Below are positions 56,999 to 64,000 of a stretch of 64,000 nucleotides of DNA, piece after piece (within the stretch, counting starts at the first letter, position 1; the number at the start of each line of letters is the position of its first letter). Made by a program: the position numbers and the translations under genes. The stretch comes from Diplonema japonicum. Taxonomy: Eukaryota > Protista > Euglenozoa: Diplonemea. The notes beneath the pieces are model-generated. The model ran no database searches, was not told the origin of the DNA, and saw nothing but the letters and a program-made list of their open reading frames with translations. The DNA lies in contig OZ025721.1 in NCBI GenBank assembly GCA_964019335.1, positions 1 to 64,000 of the forward strand, in the 5' to 3' direction.

Positions 56999-59656
56999 AT
57001 GGAAACTCTTGAAGTGCAAAGAGAAGTGTTCGCAAGGGAGAAAGAAAACTGGCTCGAAGAGCAAGCGAAATGGGAGACAGAACACAGAACATGGGAGGAG
57101 GAGAATACGAGGTACAACGAAGGAACGGAGACCATGGAGGAGAAGGAAGGGGACCACGAGATGAGGCTAAAGCTGGCAGAGATGGCAAGAGAGGTCGGCT
57201 ACGACGAAAGGCGTCTGGCGGTGCTGTACTTACAGGTAGCTGAACAAGACCAAAGGTGGCTCCTAGAGGCAACCTACATCGAAAGCGTGTGGAAGCTCAA
57301 AGGAGAGATGGCCGGACAGCACACCACATTACACCACACAACAAAATTGAAAACCGCAAAACTGCAAGCTGCTGTCTTAGACAAGACAAAGGAGATAGTC
57401 GCCACACTAGAACGGCAAAGCCGGGACTGCGTGATGAAGATGGACGCTCTGCTCCACGAGGAGATACGCCTAGAGGCAGGACCCAGCAGAAAACCCGACA
57501 CAAAAGAAGCAGAGCGAGCACGCTGGGCACTGCAGCGTAAAAAACTAAAATCGAAGCTCAAACAGAAACTTGAAAAACGAGACGCCCCCATGACACTGAC
57601 TGTGCTTCCTTACACGGTGGGACACACGCCTACATGCTTCCCCCTCAACAAACTCCTTCCGGGGATCCAAGTCGAAATTGTGCGGGAAGGCCTCCCCGAT
57701 GTACCCGTCACGCTCATCACCCGCGGTCCCATAGAGGTCATGGGTGCCACAACAGTCCCCCTTGTCGACGGGAAAGCCATCTTCACAGACATCACTGTGA
57801 AGCTGCGGGACCCCCCTGCACCCCACTTACGCGTCTTTACGGGTACCCTCCTGTGCGGGTACCCCCAGTGCGGCACGCAATCTGCTTTCACCACCGCACT
57901 CGACATCCCTTTGGAGAACATGGGCAAGGCCAACCCATGGGAGACCAACCCTCCCAAGCTCACTCAGCTTGCCATCACTGCTGTGAGCACGCTCGACGAC
58001 CCCATCTCCCTCACAAAGGAGATGGCCGAGCGCATCGTGACAGCCTCCGTGTGGGCGGAAGGCAATGTCCTTCACGGGGCACTGGGCGACCAGCAAGGGG
58101 TACGCCTTGCCACCTGCGTCGGCGGGTGGGACATTTACATGACGCTGCTTACCGGGTCGGTGGTGCACCAGGTGGTATGGACCCCTGTGCATGTGGTGGC
58201 ACTGACAGAGGGCAGAACCTTTGTATGGGAACGGGACTTCGTGAAAACGTGGGTGGAGTACACAACATCGCTCCCGTCGACGACAGCAAGGTACGCGTTT
58301 GAGGGGATGCGGTGCGGGGCATGGTGCGGGGACGGGAAGTTGGTATTCATTAACAAGGAGGGGGTCACGAAGTACTGGTGCGACGGGAAGGTCATAGGGG
58401 GCGGGGAGAGCGTGAGCGATGTGGCGTGCGTCGGGCCAGATGTGTTCTACGGTGTGGAGGACAAGGTGGTACATGAAGGACGTGGTGCGGTGTGGTCCAC
58501 AGGCTCGACACTGCGACACATCGATGCGATGGGCTCCATGGTGGAAGACGAGGGGTGGCTCTTTGCTGCTTCCTCGGACACGAAACTCTTCGTCTCCAAC
58601 ACACAGGGCACCTTCGCCACTCAAGACTCACTTATCACGGCTATCAAGCTCACCTCTGGAGGCACTGTGCTTCTTGCCTCCTCCCTGACTGGTGTCACCT
58701 TGTGGGATGTTGCCCTCCGGCACAAAATCCACACCTTCGCAGAATGTTCTTTCACAACACCGTTGGAGGCGGGCATCTCCATGGACCCGCCTACCATAAG
58801 CCTCTCTCTGCATCTTGTGATGGGGCCTGTCCTTTCTGTCTGGTCAGTGGAAGCCACCGGCAGTGCTGGGAAGTCTGCAGCGACAGACGACATCACATCA
58901 TGGGTAGTCAGCACCGGGAGGCCGGTCGGAAGGGCCGTCGAAAACGCAAGCATGTCACCTAGACGGCCCTCGCCATCGACGTGCCAGGGGTACCTAGGCA
59001 TCAAATTGAAAGACACGGAAAATGGTCCGATGTGCTTGGGGCTTGCGATGGACGGTCCTGCGATGGAGGCAGGGCTCAAGGAGGGCGACGTCGTGATTGG
59101 GTTTGGGAAGACTCAAATAAACAGCTCGGGGGAGTTCAGAGAGGCAGCAAGGGCGGTGGTGGAGGGGGAGAGAATCAGAGTGTGTTACATCAGAGAGAAC
59201 AAAGTAGAGGAATGTTACGTCGATGTCGGGCAGCCTGCCCCTGCGTGCGACCATGCCTCGGAGGTGCTTTCGGCCGATGCATGCACAAATGCTAGCATGG
59301 TGCCCCCGAGGAGGAAGTTCAGCAGTAAAAAGCCCGTATACAAAGAGGCGCCACCCCTCTCTCCTTCTTGGCGGTCTGCTTCTGCAGCATCGTCGTCGAC
59401 TTCGGTCTTCAGCACCTCCCTGTTCACCCCGGAAGAGCAGCGCAACCTCTCCACGGAGAATTTCAACAACACTACACCGCTCGCACGTCTTCACGGGTTC
59501 CTCAAAGCGAACAACGCGCCCATCCCCACGCCAACCAACGAGGCAACGCTCCGCAGGTCCGTCGCCAAGCTCCTCACAAAATGCCGGAAGCGAGGCACAC
59601 CTTACGTCAACTGGTGGAACGTCACCCGCCCGCCCAAAAATGTTTTACAGCGATAG
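56999..59656 (+). CDS. Protein with an N-terminal coiled coil, a beta-propeller-like middle and a PDZ domain
   Basis: PDZ motif GYLGIKL...DGPAMEAGLKEGDVVIGFG; WD-like LASSLTGVTLWD. Confidence 0.82.
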   Translation: METLEVQREVFAREKENWLEEQAKWETEHRTWEEENTRYNEGTETMEEKEGDHEMRLKLAEMAREVGYDERRLAVLYLQVAEQDQRWLLEATYIESVWKLKGEMAGQHTTLHHTTKLKTAKLQAAVLDKTKEIVATLERQSRDCVMKMDALLHEEIRLEAGPSRKPDTKEAERARWALQRKKLKSKLKQKLEKRDAPMTLTVLPYTVGHTPTCFPLNKLLPGIQVEIVREGLPDVPVTLITRGPIEVMGATTVPLVDGKAIFTDITVKLRDPPAPHLRVFTGTLLCGYPQCGTQSAFTTALDIPLENMGKANPWETNPPKLTQLAITAVSTLDDPISLTKEMAERIVTASVWAEGNVLHGALGDQQGVRLATCVGGWDIYMTLLTGSVVHQVVWTPVHVVALTEGRTFVWERDFVKTWVEYTTSLPSTTARYAFEGMRCGAWCGDGKLVFINKEGVTKYWCDGKVIGGGESVSDVACVGPDVFYGVEDKVVHEGRGAVWSTGSTLRHIDAMGSMVEDEGWLFAASSDTKLFVSNTQGTFATQDSLITAIKLTSGGTVLLASSLTGVTLWDVALRHKIHTFAECSFTTPLEAGISMDPPTISLSLHLVMGPVLSVWSVEATGSAGKSAATDDITSWVVSTGRPVGRAVENASMSPRRPSPSTCQGYLGIKLKDTENGPMCLGLAMDGPAMEAGLKEGDVVIGFGKTQINSSGEFREAARAVVEGERIRVCYIRENKVEECYVDVGQPAPACDHASEVLSADACTNASMVPPRRKFSSKKPVYKEAPPLSPSWRSASAASSSTSVFSTSLFTPEEQRNLSTENFNNTTPLARLHGFLKANNAPIPTPTNEATLRRSVAKLLTKCRKRGTPYVNWWNVTRPPKNVLQR

Positions 59657-59709
59657 ATTTTTTCCCCCCCTTTTTTTTTTCTCGCTTTTTTTTTTAATTT
59701 AGAAGTTAG

Positions 59710-62700
59710 ATGGCACTGTATTCTTTTCGAAACCACAAACATGAAAGACATACTTCTTCATATTAACACCACAAAAGGAAAGGGAGGGGGGGTGGTGAGT
59801 GGAGGTGGGAAAGGAGGCACCGCAGTGCTGTCCAAATGTTGAAGGCACAGTTGGCATGCAAGAACATCGTCAAAGCCGTGTCGGCGGGACCGAAAGCTAA
59901 ATGGGTGGAGTGCGTGCTGACCGACAGCACGGAGTGGGAGACCGTGTGCAAGGTCTTGGGGGAGGGAACCGTGGTGGGCGTGGTGGACGAAAAGCTGGTA
60001 GAAGGGATGGCTATGGCTCTGAAAATGGGCGGACCCGAAGTAACTTCTGCAATTGAAGAAGCTGCTGTGGTGGTCAAAGGATATGTAGGACCGTCTTGGC
60101 CGGCCGAGTCCGTTTTAAAACTGTTGTCAGCTTGTCTTTCCAAACCCGAAGCTGCAACACGGACCCCTCGATGCCTAGACCTGGCCATCCATATGTCCAC
60201 CATCATCGGGAAAAACCACCAAAAGACGATCTTTGAAACTTGCTGCAAGGACAGGACTAGTTACCTCAACCCCATGCTGGAGCAGGGGTTGACGAGCCTC
60301 TTGGAGGCTGTATTGTTTCCGTCCCCAGCGGATTGGATGGCTTACTTCAAACCGAAGATTGAAGAGGATGAGGTGAAACAGCTTGTAACTCTACTGCGGT
60401 CCGGCGACCATTCGTGGAAGGACATGGTGCAGCACAGCAAAACAGAAGGGGGTGAGAAAACCCGTGGCGTGAAGAAGGCGTCTATGTCCCTTGTGTTCGA
60501 GACTGTTGCAGCCTGCCTCACCCCGGACTACTTCCATCTACTCCTCAAAAGCTTCCAAACATCCGTCCTGAGCCTCCCCGCAACCGTGGAGGGGAAGGAA
60601 ATCGTTGTTCTGCGTTTCTTCGCGGTTCTCTTGAAGATCACAACGACCGTCGCAAGATCGCCCGCAGCACTGACAGCCGCCGTGCGGACGCTTGTTATCG
60701 AACTGAGGTGCTACCACACACAAACAGATATTCTGTACCAAAACGGTCTGGGCTTCGCGCTGTTGGAATTTCTGTCAAGACAAACCATCGACTCGCTCTC
60801 CGACAATACCGTTAAAGACAAAAGGGAACGGAGGAAAACAGAGGCGAACGGCCTCGAGATTGCAACACGCCTCTTGGATCTGTACCACAAGCTAGTGGAG
60901 GGGGACATGCGGGAGTACTGCAGGACGGCGATGAAGGAGGAGACGAAAGCGGGGAAAACATTCCTGAAAAACAGCTTTGAAAAGTACGCCGAGATGCAGA
61001 GCTTGGACACCGTTATGGAGGCGGTGATGAAGGAGCAAAGCGTGCTGCCTACAAAATGCGACTGGTTGTTGGAGCTGATCTCGAAGACGCTGCCGAAACT
61101 CATCGATTTCACCTCCGTGGCTAACCTTGTCTTTGAAGACACGCCTGCTGAACAGCTTCCCATCGTGGAGCACATCGCGAAGGGTCTCAAGGTGGACGAC
61201 ATCTCGGCGGCGACAGCGGCAACATGGGTCGACAATGCCATGGCTGTCTTGCTGTCGCAACAGATCGGCGACGGGAGCAGCAAGGTGAAAAACCCCGCAA
61301 AATTTGTCAAAATTTTGAATTTGTACCTCGCACTCCAGTCTGTCTTGGACAGAGCCTCGCCGTTCTTCCTCTCAAACGATATTTTCAAGTGGTCAGCTCG
61401 GTCCATCCAAGCCTTCCGTTTGACATCCGGTCCTTCTTCCTCATCAGACGCCAATGATGTTCCCATCTTGCTTCTTCCCCAGCAAGACATCGTCCTGACC
61501 CTCGGGCAGGTGGTGTCGATGTGCTGCAACGGGGATATTCTCGACGAAAATAATATTGTGCTGAGGCGTTCGGTTGTCGGTCTTCTCCACCAACGTGCGA
61601 TGCGGCTGATGAAGCACAAGGAGATCATGAGTTGCTGGGAAGACCTCAACCCAGAAGACGCGACTGTCATGGATAAGCAGTTGAAGGTCGTGTGCACAAA
61701 GCTTTTCGAGCTAAGCAATGGATGTCTTGGGTTGTCCTCCAGCGGGATCCCCACGGAGGACCTTCCGTACCTTGCACAGTACACCAGCAAGTCCGCTTTG
61801 AAAACCTTCGTTTGCCTGTTGTTGGAGGCAGCCAGACCGGTCGATAAAAGTCCTAAAATGAAAAACCCAACCATCGCTCCGATCTCGCAGGACTCGCCTT
61901 GGACCGTGCAGTTGGATCCGTACACCCCGCCGCCATTTTTGCAATCGGAGGCTGTTTGGGAATCTCCTGTCCTATCCAAAGCGTTGCTTTCCTCGGCCAG
62001 CGATGCCATGTGCCCGAGGTCCGAGCCGTGGGTGGTGGAGCGGGCAGCATCGTGGCTACGTTGCGCACCTGTCTCGCTGCTTGGGGACAAGGTGTGCGAT
62101 AATAATAATTTATAAAAAATGGAACATCAACATTGCAACAGGCTGACATGCTTGAGTCGATATACACGACGGAAACAACCACCGGTGGGGTGGAGCTGAA
62201 GATGGTATTGAACGAGAAAAAAAGAAACAAAAAAAAAAAAAATAGAAACTGAGAGAAACTATAGCGCACGTTGGAAAGGCGAACCCGAATTGGTGCAGCG
62301 AGTTCGTGCCGACTATGAGAGAGATGGTGGATGAGGTACAAAAAAAAAAAAAAAAAAAAAAACAATACAGCTCGATCCCAAAAGCCAGCTCCAGCATAGC
62401 ACTTTGAGCCTGGCGACCACCGTTCTAAAAACCGCATCCCCCGTGGCATGCACGAAAGGCTTCACCACCGGGAACACGCTTCTGAGCAAACTAGTTAAGG
62501 GGCTTGCCATGCTAGGGGCCGTGCAGGGAGCACTGGACATCTCATTCCACGACATGAAGAGAAAAAGCAGAAAACGAAAACACGGAGAGGAAGGGTTGGG
62601 TGCCGTACTCAAGGCTGTCGACCTTGTAGAGCCCGATTCAGACTGCCTGCTGCTGGCGGGCGCTTCAATAGTTATGCTCAGAGAGGCGAAGAGACTCACA

Positions 62701-63780
62701 AAAGAAATGGCAGAGCAATTCTGGAAACCCACACTGAACAAAGCCAGTGCTGAAGGCACCAGCTCGTCATGGCTGCTTGGGGTTGCCTTGGAATGCTTCC
62801 CCCCTGTGCTCTCCTCAACAGCACAACAACGGTTTCTTACCGACACATACACCCACATAAAGCGGCCAGTGGACAGCCAAAAGAAAGCGTGGAAAGTCGG
62901 GGAATCCGACAAAACAGGGCTCCTCACCGTTTTATTGTCGAAAATCGAAGGTCTTCCGAAAACCGAGCGTGAGGATACTCTGCAAAAGCTCGTCAAAAAA
63001 GCAGGCAAATCACTTGATGTGAAGGGCTGCGACTTTTTAACGACATTCCTAGTGACATGCCCTGGGATGTACCATGTTGCGAAGAAGGAGATGCAGGAGG
63101 CAACGATGAGGTGTATATTGGAGGCACACCGACTTGCGTGCCTTGGGTCGAGCGATGCCGCAACAGATGATGTCCTGAGGGGGTTGTGCGGGGTTGCGTC
63201 GGCGTGCTGTTTGATGGAAAAGTTCGAGCTCGACAGGGCTGGTTTCCCGGTGCTGATCACCCTTCCAAAGATGATGCTCAAGGGTAAGGGAAACTTCTTA
63301 AGAAGGTTCGGTGTTGCCGTCAACATCGCAAGCAACATCATTTTGCACTGCATGGAACAGGTCGCTGGTGTGTGGGGTCTGTTCGTCCACAGTGTGGCAG
63401 ACCTCGTGGAAGCATTTTTAGAATGGCAGGAAGATGAGGCTGAGGTACAGTTTGCAGAAGAGCCCACAGCTCTACTCGTTCGTGTGATCGAACTTCTCAG
63501 CGGTGCCAAGCGCCGCCCTGACATCGCGGTTCCCATCAGGGGTGTTGTCACCTCCCATGCCTGTGTTCTCCTCCAGAGGTTCCTTGCCTCTGTGGTTGCG
63601 CACCCTACCCCTGCCAACTTGCACAATCGGGACCTTGCCCGTGCTTTCTCAGCCATCATGTCCTTGTGCGGGAAGAATGTTTTCGCCACCACCTACACTC
63701 AAATCCCTCAGAATTGCCGTGTGGCCGCCTCCGCCTTCCATCTTCAATGGGAGTCCACGAGATTCCAAGGCAAGACGTAA
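59710..63780 (+). CDS. Large alpha-helical protein, possibly Urb2/Npa2-like nucleolar (introns 59718-59777, 62092-62141, 62205-62245, 62336-62370)
   Basis: Four GT..AG introns join ORFs 59836-62115 and 62404-63780 in frame. The C-terminus FSAIMSLC...AFHLQWESTRFQGKT* resembles the Urb2 tail; the family call is tentative. Confidence 0.75.
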
Positions 63781-64000
63781 AAAAAAAAAAAAAAAAGAAA
63801 AAAAAAATTGTGTATCAAAAAAAGGAGGGGGGGGGGAAAGAAAATCATTATCAAGTTTTTTTTTCTTTTTTTTTCTTTTTTTTTCTTTTTTTTTTTTTTT
63901 TCTTTTTTTTTCTTTTTTTTTCTTTTTTTTTTTTTTTTACTATTATTATTATTTGATTGGTTATTACTTACGAGAGGGTGTTTTTTTTCTCTCCTTTTTT

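Noticed and set aside
49241-63692. Long minus-strand ORFs (e.g. 49241-50434, 52792-53853, 60711-62090, 62313-63692)
   Set aside because: Antisense shadows of + strand genes with no recognisable motifs.

Overview
This is eukaryotic nuclear DNA, most likely from a euglenozoan, probably a diplonemid. That assignment is inferred from protein family style, GT(A/G)TG splice donors, very tight co-directional gene packing with pyrimidine-tract/AG sites upstream of start codons, and many cis-introns. The window has two parts. (1) Positions 1-10,055 are a telomere-like, nested-transposon zone. A G-rich (CGGGTTTG)n array abuts a minus-strand CRE-clade (SLACS/MoTeR-like) retrotransposon fragment that the ORF track missed. 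Next come a recent inverted duplication with ~0.5 kb poly(A)-ended arms, a decayed Ingi-clade LINE (APE-RT-RNase H-CCHC) split by a 2.65 kb non-autonomous hAT element (16-bp TIRs, 8-bp TSD), a truncated LRR gene and a 24-bp-stem hairpin. (2) Positions 10,200-63,780 hold 22 protein genes, all on the + strand, including a myosin with four B-box zinc fingers and a WW domain, a MAP kinase, a DEAH helicase, an RNase H2C, a TIM50-like and a STIMATE-like gene. I reconstructed 25 GT-AG introns by reading-frame logic. Twenty-four are 34-60 nt, and nearly all have poly(A)/CA-rich 3' regions instead of a polypyrimidine tract, whereas pyrimidine tracts sit in front of start codons. This is a candidate cis- versus trans-splicing discrimination code. 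Several small TIR elements (pogo-like, piggyBac-like, TA-flanked MITEs) lie in spacers and in one intron. All calls come from reading the sequence by eye; no searches were run.
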